DNA from: Thermoleophilaceae bacterium
GTDB lineage: Bacteria; Actinomycetota; Thermoleophilia; Solirubrobacterales; JACPNS01
NCBI GenBank assembly: GCA_016462645.1
Contig: JAEMSX010000002.1
Coordinates: forward strand, 57,481-121,480
Reading direction: 5' to 3'
Length of the DNA: 64,000 nucleotides
The notes under the pieces were generated by a model. It was given only the letters and a program-made list of their open reading frames with translations. It did not search any database and had not been told where the DNA came from. A program made the position numbers and the translations under genes. Below are positions 19,685 through 29,386 of the stretch, piece by piece; positions within the stretch are counted from its first letter, which is position 1, and every line of letters starts with the position of its first letter.

Positions 19685-22396
19685 GTGGCCAAAGCTGATC
19701 CAGACGCACGCAAGCTCTACCTGCTCGACGGCAACTCGCTGGCCTACCGCGCGTTCTTCGCGCTGCCAGACACGTTCGTGAACGCGAAGGGCATGCCGAC
19801 CGGTGCGCTCTTCGGCCTGGCAAACATGTGGGTGAAGCTGATCGAGGACAACGACCACGGCACGCCGGCTGTGATCGCAGTCTGGGACGCCGGCCTGTCT
19901 GGTCGTGGAGAGATCTACGAGCCGTACAAGGCGCAGCGCGACGCCAAGCCCGATGCCCTGCGCGAGCAGTGGCCGCACTTCTATCCGCTGGCCGAGGCTT
20001 TCGGCTTCAAGAACGTGCGTGTCGACGGTTGGGAAGCAGACGACGTGATCGCGTCGATCGCCGAGAAGGCCAAGGCCGAGGGCTACTGCGTTGTCATCGT
20101 CACCGGCGACCGCGACTCCTTCCAGCTCGTCGACGACGAGCACGGCCCCGTGACGATCATGGCCACCGGCCGAGGAATCACCGACACGACGATCTACGAC
20201 GAGGGCGCGGTTCAGGAGCGCTACGGAATCCCGGCACGGCTCGTGCCTGACTTCATCGGCCTGAAGGGCGACACCTCGGACAACATCCCTGGCGTCCCCG
20301 GCATCGGCGAGAAGACTGCGATGCAGCTGCTCCAGGAGTTCGGCGGACTCGAAGAGGTGCTCGCCAACATCGACAACATCTCCGGCGCCAAGCGCAAGGA
20401 GAATCTCGCCAACAACGCCGACCTCGCACGGATCTCGCGCGATCTGGCGACCATGCACCGCGACATCGAGTTGCCCGAACTCTCAATCGAAGAAGTCTTC
20501 GCGTCGCGGATCGACCCGAAGGCGCTGCGCGACCAACTGCGCGAGAACGATCTGCGCGAGCCGTTGCGCCGGGTCGAGCGGCTCTTCCAGGAGGCCGAGT
20601 TCGAGGGCATCGAGGATGAGATTCGCGAGGCGATGGCTGAGGAGTCCGGCGCGGAGGAGGCTGTCGCGGAGATCACGGTCAAGCAGACGCCGGTAGGGGC
20701 GCTCGAGAAGGTGTTCACCGACCCTGCGCAGTTTCTCGTCCATCGCGCGGATGCCGCGCTTGACGGGCCGGCCGATTCCCTCCTGGCCGACGCCGAGAAT
20801 CAGTCAGCCGGCGAAGCGGCGCGCTACGCGGTCGTCGCGAAGAACGGCGTGGTGCATGTTGGTGAGGCGGCTTCGGTGGAGGAGTTCCTGGCGCTCGTTG
20901 GTGAGCGCGCGGTGGTCACGCATGACCTCAAGGCGCAGCTCGAGCGCACCGACGCGGCTGTTCCGCAGCTCGATCACGACACGCGCATTGCTGCCTACCT
21001 GATCGATTCGGCGCGACGCCAGTACGCGATTCGCGAGATGGCGATCGAGCTGGGCGTGCAGCCGGGCGCGGTGGACGACGACGCGATCCCGGCCGAACTC
21101 ACCCAGCTGGCGATTGACGCCGACGCGATGGTTCGCGTCGCCGAGCTTCAGCGCGAAGAGCTGAAGTCGTTGGGCCTCGAGAAGGTCGAGAAGGAGGTCG
21201 AGCTCCCGCTCGTCTCCGTGCTCGTGGAGATCGAGCGCAATGGTCTGAAGCTTGATGTCGACGCGCTGGCGAAGGCTGCCGAGGGATTCGTCGAGGAGAT
21301 CGCTCAGCTCGAGTCCGACATCTACGAGCTCGCCGGCAGGCAGTTCACGATCGGCTCGCCCAAGCAGCTCGGACCGATCCTCTTCGAGGAACTCGGTCTT
21401 CCCGCCGGACGCAAGGGCAAGACCGGGTACTCGACCGACGCTCGCGTGCTCGCGGGAATCCGCGACAAGCACCCGATCGTGGAGAAGATCGAGCGCTGGC
21501 GCGAACTGACCAAACTGAAGAGCACATATGTGGACTCGCTGCCCAAGGACGTCTCGCCCAAGGACGGCCGCATCCACACCACGCTCGACCAGACGCGCGC
21601 GGCGACCGGGCGCCTCAGCTCGACCAATCCCAACCTGCAGAACATCCCCGTGCGCACGCCGCTCGGCGCGACGATCCGCGAGTGCTTCGTCGCAGAGCCG
21701 GGGATGATCCTGACCAGCGCCGACTATTCACAGGTGGAGCTGCGCGTGCTGGCGCAGGTCGCAGACGACGAGGTCCTGAAGGACATTTTCCGCCGCGGTG
21801 AAGACGTGCACACAGAGACCGCTGCCGCAATCTTCGGTATCGATCCCGCCGATGTCGACCACGCCACGCGCGATCGCGCCAAGGCCGTCAACTTCGGGAT
21901 CATCTACGGGCTGAGCGCGTTCGGCCTGAGCGACCGCCTGAAGATCCCGCGCGATGAAGCCGCCGAGTTCATCAAGCGCTACCTCGGCCGCTTCACCGGC
22001 GTGAAGCAGTTCATGGACGACACGGTCGCCCAGGCCAAGAAGGACGGCTATGTCACGACCCTGATCGGCCGCCGCCGCGCGATCCCGGAGATCAACTCCT
22101 CGCAGGTCCAGACGCGCAACCTCGGCGAGCGGCTCGCGATCAACACCGTCGTGCAGGGCACCGCCGCCGACATCATCAAGCAGGCGATGATCGATGTGAG
22201 CAAGGCTCTGGCCGAGAGTGGCCTCAAGACCAAGCTTGTTCTGCAGATTCACGACGAACTGCTTTTCGAAGGGCCGAAGGACGAGGCCGACGCAATCGCC
22301 GAGCTGGCCGTGCGCGTGATGGCCGACGCCTATCCGCTCGATCCGCCGCTCGGTGTGTCGGTCGGCTCGGGCCCGAACTGGCTCGCTGCCAAGTAG
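19685..22396 (+). CDS. polA: DNA polymerase I
   Basis: 903 aa, GTG start. 5' nuclease N-terminus (LLDGNSLAYRAFFAL, GDRDSFQL). Polymerase motifs DYSQVELRVLA, RDRAKAVNFGIIYG, QIHDELLFE. Confidence 0.97.
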   Translation: MAKADPDARKLYLLDGNSLAYRAFFALPDTFVNAKGMPTGALFGLANMWVKLIEDNDHGTPAVIAVWDAGLSGRGEIYEPYKAQRDAKPDALREQWPHFYPLAEAFGFKNVRVDGWEADDVIASIAEKAKAEGYCVVIVTGDRDSFQLVDDEHGPVTIMATGRGITDTTIYDEGAVQERYGIPARLVPDFIGLKGDTSDNIPGVPGIGEKTAMQLLQEFGGLEEVLANIDNISGAKRKENLANNADLARISRDLATMHRDIELPELSIEEVFASRIDPKALRDQLRENDLREPLRRVERLFQEAEFEGIEDEIREAMAEESGAEEAVAEITVKQTPVGALEKVFTDPAQFLVHRADAALDGPADSLLADAENQSAGEAARYAVVAKNGVVHVGEAASVEEFLALVGERAVVTHDLKAQLERTDAAVPQLDHDTRIAAYLIDSARRQYAIREMAIELGVQPGAVDDDAIPAELTQLAIDADAMVRVAELQREELKSLGLEKVEKEVELPLVSVLVEIERNGLKLDVDALAKAAEGFVEEIAQLESDIYELAGRQFTIGSPKQLGPILFEELGLPAGRKGKTGYSTDARVLAGIRDKHPIVEKIERWRELTKLKSTYVDSLPKDVSPKDGRIHTTLDQTRAATGRLSSTNPNLQNIPVRTPLGATIRECFVAEPGMILTSADYSQVELRVLAQVADDEVLKDIFRRGEDVHTETAAAIFGIDPADVDHATRDRAKAVNFGIIYGLSAFGLSDRLKIPRDEAAEFIKRYLGRFTGVKQFMDDTVAQAKKDGYVTTLIGRRRAIPEINSSQVQTRNLGERLAINTVVQGTAADIIKQAMIDVSKALAESGLKTKLVLQIHDELLFEGPKDEADAIAELAVRVMADAYPLDPPLGVSVGSGPNWLAAK

Positions 22397-22409
22397 GGGT
22401 GGGGCGGTG

Positions 22410-22859
22410 ATGGATCGCACGCTCGCCGTGCTGCTCACCGCCGGGGTCGGCGGACTGCTTGCCGCGCAGGCGCCGATCAACGGTCAGCTCGGTCTGCATG
22501 TCGGCAAGCTGCAGGCGGCGATGATCTCGTTCGTCGTCGGGACGGCGCTCCTGAGCATGATCGTCTTCGCCTTCGCCGGTGGTCTTCCGGACGGCACCGG
22601 CGTGGGGACGGTGCCTTGGTACTACTTCATCGGCGGCCTGCTCGGCGCCGGATACATCACCACGGTGATCTTCACGGTCGGGACTCTGGGCGCCGGGGGC
22701 ATCACCGCTGCGACGATCTCCGCGCAGCTGGTCACCTCGATGCTGCTGGACCAGTTCGGGGCCTTCGGCCTCGACAAACACCCGATCACCTGGACCCGCC
22801 TGCTCGGCGTTCTGTTGCTCGCAGCAGGCACCTACCTCGTCGTCGCCGGCCGCGGCTGA
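22410..22859 (+). CDS. DMT-superfamily small membrane transporter (YdcZ/DUF606-like)
   Basis: 149 aa from MDRTLAVLLTAGVGGLLAAQAPINGQLG. About 5 TM. The track start at 22353 overlaps the polA end and is rejected. Confidence 0.6.
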   Translation: MDRTLAVLLTAGVGGLLAAQAPINGQLGLHVGKLQAAMISFVVGTALLSMIVFAFAGGLPDGTGVGTVPWYYFIGGLLGAGYITTVIFTVGTLGAGGITAATISAQLVTSMLLDQFGAFGLDKHPITWTRLLGVLLLAAGTYLVVAGRG

Positions 22860-22873
22860 TCGCCGCATCGACT

Positions 22874-23093
22874 GGCTTCCTCGCGACGCCGCCGAGGAAC
22901 CGAGTGGCTTCCTCACGACGCCGTTGAGGAACCCACTGGCTTCCTCAATACCGCGCTGAGGAAGCCACTCGGTTCCTCGGGGTTTCGCTGAGGAAGCGCG
23001 GTGCCTCCTCGGCGAACACGCGAGGAAGCGCGGTGCTTCCTCGGGCAATCGCTGGGGAAGAACGGTTGCTCCTCACGCGAATCCCGAGGAGGC
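22874..23093. repeat. Array of 7 tandem hairpin (palindromic) units, period 32-33 bp
   Basis: Unit starts are at 22874, 22906, 22938, 22971, 23003, 23035 and 23068. Each unit is G(G/C)(C/T)TCCTC(A/G)-loop 9-11 nt-(C/T)GAGGA(A/G)(G/C)C. Unit 3 is a perfect 10-bp stem (GGCTTCCTCA / TGAGGAAGCC). Outer units degenerate. Confidence 0.85.
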
Positions 23094-23170
23094 GCGCGCG
23101 GGCTCGATTTTCCCGCAAACCACGCAATCGCAGGCCCCGTGCGGGGATGCGGGTGACCGCGTTTTGGTAT

Positions 23171-23190
23171 GCAGAGTTGTATACAGCTCT
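23171..23190. promoter_or_regulatory. 20-bp palindrome, candidate GntR operator 1
   Basis: CAGAGTTGTATACAGCTCTG; 9 of 10 positions pair as an inverted repeat. Lies 129-148 nt upstream of the GntR ATG. Confidence 0.5.
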
Positions 23191-23219
23191 GAACACATGG
23201 CTAAACGGGGCCTGTGCAT

Positions 23220-23227
23220 TTTGTACA
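23220..23227. promoter_or_regulatory. TTGTACAA palindrome, candidate GntR half-strength site / promoter overlap
   Basis: Perfect 8-bp palindrome in an AT-richer patch (cattTTGTACAAgctgagataaaagg). Confidence 0.3.
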
Positions 23228-23294
23228 AGCTGAGATAAAAGGGGATTGCGAGCGCGCCTAACTTGCCCCGTAATGCGTTGCTCGTCTACATCTC

Positions 23295-23308
23295 GGTATA
23301 CAACTCTG
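23295..23308. promoter_or_regulatory. Candidate GntR operator 2 (inverted copy of operator-1 half-site)
   Basis: GGTATACAACTCTG is the reverse complement of CAGAGTTGTATACC and matches 13/13 of the left half of operator 1. Lies 11-24 nt upstream of the ATG at 23319. Confidence 0.5.
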
Positions 23309-23318
23309 GACTCGGAAC

Positions 23319-24071
23319 ATGTCTCCGCGTGACCTCATCGCTCAGCTACTTGAGCAGGGGGGCGCCGACGACGTGAGCGGTGGCGACTCGATCGCAGAAC
23401 GCGTCTACCAGGACCTTCGCGGCGAACTGCTCTTCGGGCAGATCCCGCTCGGTGAGCGCCTGGTCGAGGAGCATCTCGCCGAGCGCTACGAGTGCAGCCG
23501 CACGCCCGTCCGCGAGGCGCTGCATCGCCTCCAGGCCGACGGCCACGTCGTCAAGCATCCGATGGGCGGAATCACTCCGCAGCCGCCGCAGGCGACCGCG
23601 CTCGAGGAGCTCTACGAGCTTCGCGTCGTGCTCGAGGACCTGATCGTCCGCCGTGCCGCGAACGCCGAGGAGAAGCTCGAGGTCGCCGACCTGCGCGCCA
23701 GCTGGGCCGAGCTCGCTGAGCTCGACCCGGAGCGTCGCGCCAGGATCGGCACACCCGACTTCGTCTACGCCGATGAGGCCTTCCACGAGGGCCTCGCTGC
23801 CGCCGCCGGAAACCACTCGGCCGCGCGCTACCTGCGGGACATCAACGAGCGCATCCGCATCCTGCGCGTCCACGACTTCACGACCGACGACCGCATCGAC
23901 GCCACGATCGTCGAGCACATCGAGATCGCAGATGCGGTGCTCGCCGGCGAGGCTGACGCCGCCGCCGCGCTGATGCGCGTTCACATCGACCGCAGCGCTC
24001 GTGTCGTTGAAGACCGCGTGGGCCGGATGCTCACAAGAATGTTCGACGCATCACAAGGGAGCGCCGAGTAG
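23319..24071 (+). CDS. GntR-family transcriptional regulator (FadR/FCD-type C-terminal domain)
   Basis: 250 aa. w[33 protein letters not shown]. All-helical C-terminal domain with His residues ([14 protein letters not shown]). Confidence 0.88.
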   Translation: MSPRDLIAQLLEQGGADDVSGGDSIAERVYQDLRGELLFGQIPLGERLVEEHLAERYECSRTPVREALHRLQADGHVVKHPMGGITPQPPQATALEELYELRVVLEDLIVRRAANAEEKLEVADLRASWAELAELDPERRARIGTPDFVYADEAFHEGLAAAAGNHSAARYLRDINERIRILRVHDFTTDDRIDATIVEHIEIADAVLAGEADAAAALMRVHIDRSARVVEDRVGRMLTRMFDASQGSAE

Positions 24072-25627
24072 TGGAAGCTCAGATGAACCCCGAGCCGACT
24101 CCGTCGGTCGCCGTCATCGGTCTGACCAAGCGTTTCGGCAGCCTGGTCGCCAACAACAAAGTCGACTTCGAGCTCTACCCCGGCGAGGTGCACGCGCTAC
24201 TCGGCGAGAACGGCGCCGGCAAGTCCACGCTCGCGAAATCGCTCTACGGCGTGAACGTGCCCGACGAGGGCCAGATCCTCGTCGACGGCGAGCCGCTCGA
24301 GATCGACTCACCGGCGGTCGCCCGCGAAGCCGGCATTGGGCTCGTCTTCCAGGACTTCCGGCTGATCCCGGCGCTCACCGTGCTCGAGAACATCGCGCTC
24401 GCGCTTCCCGAGCACGGCATTCTGCTCAACAACGACGAGATCGAGGAGCGCTTCGTCGCGCTCGCCGAGCAGTACAACATGAGCGTTCACCCGCATCGCC
24501 TGATCGAGGAGATCTCGATGAGCGAGCGGCAGCAGGCGGAGATTCTCAAGGTGCTGCTCTGCGGCGCCAAGACCGTCATCCTCGACGAACCCACCAGCCT
24601 GCTCGCACCGCAGGAAGTCGAGGGCCTGATGAACGTCATCCGCGATCTGCGCGACCAGGGCTTCGCGCTGGCGATCATCACGCACAAGATTCCGGACGTT
24701 CGCGCCGTCTGCAACCGCGTCACGATCCTGCGCCAGGGCACCGTCGTCTTCGCAACCGACAAGCTCGCCGAAATGAGCGACGAGGAACTGATCGACAACG
24801 TGGTCGGCCAGGAGATCCCGACGCTCACGCATCGCCCGCAGGTGGTCGCGCACGCAGAGGGTCCGGCCCTGATGCTCGAACACATCACGGTCAACGGCGA
24901 CAACGACCTTCCGGCGATCAAGGGACTCACGCTGGTCGCAGAGCGCTGCGAGGTGATCGGCGTCGCCGGCGTCTCCGGCGGTGGTCAGCGCGAGCTGGCC
25001 GAGGCGATCATGGGCTTGCGGCCCCTCGTCAACGGCCAGATCTCGGTGCGCGGCGCGCACGTCGAGGGCAAGACCGTCGAGGAGATCCGCGAAGCCGGCG
25101 TCGCCGTGATGGCCGAAGACCCGCTTTCGATGGAAGTCGTTCCCGGCCTCAGCATCGCCGAGCACATGGCGATCGGCGGCATCGATCCGCCGAAGACGCG
25201 CATCGGTTACGACTGGAAGCGCGTCGCCGAGGAGACCGGCGATCTCGAGTCCGCCAAGGCGATCGGGCTCGCCGACCCCAACCGCCGCGTCGACTCGCTC
25301 TCGGGCGGAAACGTCCAGCGTCTGATGATCGTCCGCTCGCTGGTCAGCGACCCGAAGGTCGTCGTGGCTTGCTACCCGACCCGCGGACTCGACCTTTTCT
25401 CAGTCAGCACCACGCACAAACTGCTCTTTGAACAGGCAGAGAAGGGGGCAGCAGTGATTTTCATCTCGGAAGATCTCGACGAGCTCTTCACCGTCAGCGA
25501 CCGGCTCATCGTGCTTCACGACGGCGAACTGGCCGGCGACCTCAAGCCGTCGGAGACGACGCGTGCCGAAGTCGGCGCGATGATGCTCGGACGAAAAGAA
25601 GCTGAAGAAGCGGCGGCAATCGGATGA
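24071..25627 (+). CDS. ABC transporter ATP-binding protein, duplicated ATPase (BMP/sugar-type importer)
   Basis: 518 aa. Walker [10 protein letters not shown], signature-like MSERQQAEI, Walker B VILDEPT. Second, degenerate domain ([18 protein letters not shown]). GTG overlaps the GntR stop by 1 nt. Confidence 0.9.
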   Translation: MEAQMNPEPTPSVAVIGLTKRFGSLVANNKVDFELYPGEVHALLGENGAGKSTLAKSLYGVNVPDEGQILVDGEPLEIDSPAVAREAGIGLVFQDFRLIPALTVLENIALALPEHGILLNNDEIEERFVALAEQYNMSVHPHRLIEEISMSERQQAEILKVLLCGAKTVILDEPTSLLAPQEVEGLMNVIRDLRDQGFALAIITHKIPDVRAVCNRVTILRQGTVVFATDKLAEMSDEELIDNVVGQEIPTLTHRPQVVAHAEGPALMLEHITVNGDNDLPAIKGLTLVAERCEVIGVAGVSGGGQRELAEAIMGLRPLVNGQISVRGAHVEGKTVEEIREAGVAVMAEDPLSMEVVPGLSIAEHMAIGGIDPPKTRIGYDWKRVAEETGDLESAKAIGLADPNRRVDSLSGGNVQRLMIVRSLVSDPKVVVACYPTRGLDLFSVSTTHKLLFEQAEKGAAVIFISEDLDELFTVSDRLIVLHDGELAGDLKPSETTRAEVGAMMLGRKEAEEAAAIG

Positions 25628-26649
25628 GTGCTCCGGACGCCACAGTCACCACCGGCGAGGAATCGCGCGGCTTCGACCCGCGGGCCTGGGTGCCCACCGG
25701 CACGTGGTTCAAGATCGCCGCGCCGATCGCCGCGCCGCTGCTGATTCTTCTGATCATCCCGCTCTTCGGGATCGACGTGCCGGCTGTGATCACTCGCTCG
25801 GTCCCATTCATTCTCGCCGCGCTCGCCGTGGCGCTCCCTGCGCGTGCCGGGTTGATCAACGTCGGAGGTGAGGGTCAGATCTTCATCGGCGCGGTCTTCG
25901 GCGCCGCGTTCGTGAAGATTGTCGGTGGCGGCCTGCCGCTCCCGGTGATGCTGCCGATGGTTCTGATCGCCGGCACGATCGGTGGGGCGCTCTGGGTCGG
26001 CATCGCGGCGTTCCTGAAGGCCTACTTCAACGTCAACGAGACGATCGCGACGCTGCTGCTCAACTACGTCGCGCTCTACGTCCTCTCGTACATGGTCAAC
26101 GGCGCGCTGAAGGACCCGGAGTCCTACGGCTTTGCGATCGGAGCGATGCTCCCCGACTCGGCGCTGCTGCCGCAGCTCGGAATCTCGACGCTGAGCATCG
26201 GCATCGTGCTCGCCGTACTGATGACGATCGCAGTCTGGCTTCTGCTCGATCGCTCGCGCTGGGGCTTTCGCGCGAAGGTCGTCGGCGGCAACCCCGAGGC
26301 GGCCCGTCGGGGCGGCTTCGCGGTCAACCGCACCGTTGTGACGGCGCTGCTCCTCGGTGGAGCGATCGCAGGATTCGCGGGCGTCGTCGAACTCGCGGGA
26401 ACTGAACTCCAGCTCCGCGCGCAGATGGCGACCGGCTTCGGTTACATCGGCTTCCTCTGCGCCTTTCTCGTAGCTCAGCGCGCCGCCTGGATCCCGGCCG
26501 GCGCGATGTTGCTGGCAGCCATCTCGGTCTACGGCGACAGCCTGCAGCTCGACTTCGGTCTCCCGGCGGCAAGCGTTTACGTGGTGATGGCCGTAATCGT
26601 CCTGTTTGTACTCGGAATGCGTGGCACAAAAACGAAAGGCGCCAACTGA
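25624..26649 (+). CDS. ABC transporter permease 1
   Basis: 341 aa polytopic. Overlaps the ATPase stop. Confidence 0.88.
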   Translation: MSAPDATVTTGEESRGFDPRAWVPTGTWFKIAAPIAAPLLILLIIPLFGIDVPAVITRSVPFILAALAVALPARAGLINVGGEGQIFIGAVFGAAFVKIVGGGLPLPVMLPMVLIAGTIGGALWVGIAAFLKAYFNVNETIATLLLNYVALYVLSYMVNGALKDPESYGFAIGAMLPDSALLPQLGISTLSIGIVLAVLMTIAVWLLLDRSRWGFRAKVVGGNPEAARRGGFAVNRTVVTALLLGGAIAGFAGVVELAGTELQLRAQMATGFGYIGFLCAFLVAQRAAWIPAGAMLLAAISVYGDSLQLDFGLPAASVYVVMAVIVLFVLGMRGTKTKGAN

Positions 26650-27557
26650 TGCTTGAAGCAATCATCCTCGGAGCCGTCAGTTACGGCGCATGCCTGATCT
26701 TTGCCGCTGAAGGCGAGCTGATCGCAGAGCGCTCCGGCATCGTCAACCTCGGCACAGAGGGCTCGATCCTCTGCGGCGCGCTGCTGTCGTTCATGGTCAC
26801 GGTCTGGACGGGCTCGCCCTACATCGGCGCGATCTTCGGACTCGTCGGCGGCGCACTGCCGGCTCTGCTCCACGCGTTCATGGTCGTGGGCCGCAAGGCT
26901 GACCAGCTCGCCAGTGGTCTCGCGATCACGTTCCTCGGACTCGGCGTCACAGCCGCGCTCGGCAAGAGCTTCGTCGACGACAAGATCAACGGCATGGATG
27001 CGATCGGCATTCCGCTGCTCAAGGACATCCCGCTGATCGGAAGCGCCTTCTTCGACCAGGACATCCTGACCTACCTCGCCCTGCTCGTCGGACCGGCGCT
27101 CTGGTGGTTCTTCAAGCGCACCCGCGCCGGTTTGATCCTGCGCGCGACCGGTGAGAGCGGCGACGTCGTCTACGCCTACGGTCACTCGCCGCGCAAAGTC
27201 CGCTATCTCGCGGTCACCGCCGGCGGCGCGCTGGCCGGACTCGGTGGCGCGCAGCTGGTGCTCGCGACCACGCTCAACTGGACCGAGAACATCACGCAGG
27301 GTCGCGGCTTCGTCGCCGTCGCGCTCGTGATCTTCGCCTCCTGGCTTCCGCTCAGGGCGGCCGGCGGAGCGCTGCTCTTCGGCGCTGCCTTCGCGCTCAA
27401 CCTCGTGCTCCAGACCGAGGGCGTCGGAATCCCATCCTTCTATCTGCTGATGCTCCCGTACGTGCTGACTCTGATCGTTCTTGCGGTCACGAGCAAGGGG
27501 CAGAAGCAGATGATGCCGGCCGGATTGAAGGCCGTGTTCGCTCCCGGTGGGACGTAG
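26649..27557 (+). CDS. ABC transporter permease 2
   Basis: 302 aa polytopic. Start overlaps the permease-1 stop. Confidence 0.88.
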   Translation: MLEAIILGAVSYGACLIFAAEGELIAERSGIVNLGTEGSILCGALLSFMVTVWTGSPYIGAIFGLVGGALPALLHAFMVVGRKADQLASGLAITFLGLGVTAALGKSFVDDKINGMDAIGIPLLKDIPLIGSAFFDQDILTYLALLVGPALWWFFKRTRAGLILRATGESGDVVYAYGHSPRKVRYLAVTAGGALAGLGGAQLVLATTLNWTENITQGRGFVAVALVIFASWLPLRAAGGALLFGAAFALNLVLQTEGVGIPSFYLLMLPYVLTLIVLAVTSKGQKQMMPAGLKAVFAPGGT

Positions 27558-27638
27558 TCGCACCGGTCGTCCCAGGTCTCTCTCGCAACACCCAAATGCT
27601 CGTCAACAACCTCCTCGATTGAAAGGGAAATTCCCCCA

Positions 27639-28772
27639 ATGCTCAAACGATCCTCAAAGTGGCTGGCTTTCGTAGCCCTCGCCATGCTCTCGGCTTTCGG
27701 AGTCACCGCGTGCGGCTCCGATACCGCGACTTCAACCTCCGGAGACGCGGAGGGGCAGACCGTCGGCTTCCTCTACGTCGGACCGAAGAACGACTTCGGC
27801 TACAACCAGGCGGCCTACGAGGGCTCGCTCGAGGTTGAGAAGAACGTCCCCGGCACCAAGCTGATCCAGGCTGAGAACGTGCCTGAGACCTCTGAAGCTT
27901 CTCGCGTGATGGAGAAGATGATCAAGGACGGCGCGACGACTATCTTCGCCACCAGCTACGGCCACCTGCAGCCGATGCTGGCTGTCGCCAAGAAGCACCC
28001 GGAAGTCACCTTCGAGCACCAGGGCGGCGTGAAGTCCGGTGCCAACGTCGGCACGTACTTCGGCCAGATCTACGAGGCCCAGTACCTGACCGGAATGGCA
28101 GCGGGACTCTCGACCAAGTCGAACAAGCTCGGCTACGTCGTGGCTGTGCCGATCCCGCAGACGCTGCTCAACATCAACGCTTTCGAGCTCGGCGCTCAGT
28201 CGGTCAACCCGAAGGCGAAGACGACAGTCGTCTTCACCGGCTCCTGGTGTGACCCCGCGAAGCAGAAGGAAGCCGCAGACACGCTGATCCAGGGCGGCGC
28301 TGACGTGCTCAGCCAGCACCAGGACTGCACCAAGACGATCGTCGAGACGACGGAGAAGGCCGGCGCGATGTCGGTCGGATACCACGCCGACGCATCCTCG
28401 CTCGCCCCGAACGGCTGGCTCACCGGCTCCGTCTGGAACTGGGGACCGCTCTACACCGACATCGTGAAGACGATCGGCGAGGGCAAGTGGAAGGGCTCCA
28501 AGTACGACGCCGACTACCGCGTCGGGTTCGCCGACAGCGACGTCATCGAGCTGGCTCCGTTCGGATCGGCCGTGACGCCGGAGGTCGAGAAGCAGGTCCT
28601 CGCTAAGCAGGAAGAGATGAAGGCGAAGGACTTCTATCCGTTCGAAGGCCCGGTCGTGGACCAGGCTGGCAAGACCCAGATCCCGAAGGGCGAGAACCCG
28701 ACCCCTGCCGAACTCGAGACCACCGACTACCTGGTCCAAGGCGTCGTCGGCAAGATCCCGACAGGCAAGTAG
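27639..28772 (+). CDS. BMP-family (PnrA/Med-like) ABC substrate-binding lipoprotein
   Basis: 377 aa. Signal plus lipobox (FGVTAC GSD). VGFLYVGPKNDFGYNQA and YVVAVPIPQ are typical of basic-membrane-protein SBPs. SD GAAAGGGAAA upstream. Confidence 0.85.
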   Translation: MLKRSSKWLAFVALAMLSAFGVTACGSDTATSTSGDAEGQTVGFLYVGPKNDFGYNQAAYEGSLEVEKNVPGTKLIQAENVPETSEASRVMEKMIKDGATTIFATSYGHLQPMLAVAKKHPEVTFEHQGGVKSGANVGTYFGQIYEAQYLTGMAAGLSTKSNKLGYVVAVPIPQTLLNINAFELGAQSVNPKAKTTVVFTGSWCDPAKQKEAADTLIQGGADVLSQHQDCTKTIVETTEKAGAMSVGYHADASSLAPNGWLTGSVWNWGPLYTDIVKTIGEGKWKGSKYDADYRVGFADSDVIELAPFGSAVTPEVEKQVLAKQEEMKAKDFYPFEGPVVDQAGKTQIPKGENPTPAELETTDYLVQGVVGKIPTGK

Positions 28773-28792
28773 CGACTGCGACCACGATCGGA

Positions 28793-29386
28793 ATGTCAAA
28801 CGCATCAACACAAGACGTCTCGGCTGATGCGCCGATCGTGGTCAGCGGCACCCGCCCGTATGCATGGCCCTACGACAGCCGGCTCGACCCCACGGACTTC
28901 GCGTTCGTGGTGGTCACCGGCTCGTCGGCCGGCCAGAGCGGGCAGCCGCCGGCAGACCTCGTCGAGGCCTGCAAGGCGTTCGCCGCAAAGGTGACCGCAC
29001 TCGGTGGCTCAGTCATCTGGACGGCGTGCAACGGAAGCGCGCTCCCCGATGGACTGGCGAGCACGGACATGACGTCCGAATCGCCGACCTCGAACGGCAT
29101 GATCGGCGGCGAACTGGAGCTGATCCTGCGCAGCCAGGGCATCGACCGCTTTGCGATTGCGGGCTGGCCCCTTGAGATCGCCGTTCACTCAACACTGCGG
29201 CGCGCAAACGACATCGGCTACGAGTGCATCCTGCTCGAAGACCTCTGCGTGCCGCTCGACCCGGACCTCATGGAATCGTCTGTCTCACAGATCCTGATGT
29301 CCGGAGGAATCTTTGGCGCCGTGGGCGAATCCGCGGCGCTGCTCGAAGCATTGAACACTTCAACCCCCGAAGGAGACCAGGCGTGA
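28793..29386 (+). CDS. Isochorismatase-like hydrolase paralog lacking the Asp-Lys-Cys triad (predicted pseudoenzyme)
   Basis: 197 aa. Homologous to the next gene (PYAWPY; [17 protein letters not shown]; [15 protein letters not shown]). It has T42 for Asp and A130 (GCC 29180-29182) for the nucleophile Cys. No equivalent Lys, and a ~40-aa deletion. Confidence 0.8.
   Translation: MSNASTQDVSADAPIVVSGTRPYAWPYDSRLDPTDFAFVVVTGSSAGQSGQPPADLVEACKAFAAKVTALGGSVIWTACNGSALPDGLASTDMTSESPTSNGMIGGELELILRSQGIDRFAIAGWPLEIAVHSTLRRANDIGYECILLEDLCVPLDPDLMESSVSQILMSGGIFGAVGESAALLEALNTSTPEGDQA

Noticed and set aside
22224-23048. 274-aa minus-strand ORF and 22945..23196 ORF spanning the hairpin array
   Set aside because: The translations are Arg/Pro/Ser low complexity. 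The ORFs overlap the polA 3' end and the DMT gene, and they owe their length to the repeat structure. There is no start context.
22874-23093. Possible CRISPR array
   Set aside because: The period is only 32-33 bp, and each unit is itself a palindrome with a short variable loop. There are no unique 30-40 bp spacers between conserved direct repeats and no cas genes in the window. It is reported as a hairpin-repeat array instead.
24001-25431. 476-aa ORF in an alternative + frame over the ABC ATPase gene
   Set aside because: It is extremely Arg/Pro-rich ([20 protein letters not shown]...), whereas the overlapping frame (24071..25627) has Walker A/B and ABC signature motifs. It is a frame artefact of GC-rich sequence.
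29224-29385. Upstream extension of the active isochorismatase-like gene (track ORF start 29224)
   Set aside because: It would overlap the 3' third of the preceding gene in another frame, and its translation is Arg-rich ([17 protein letters not shown]...). The ATG at 29386 gives the family-typical N-terminus and an ATGA coupling.
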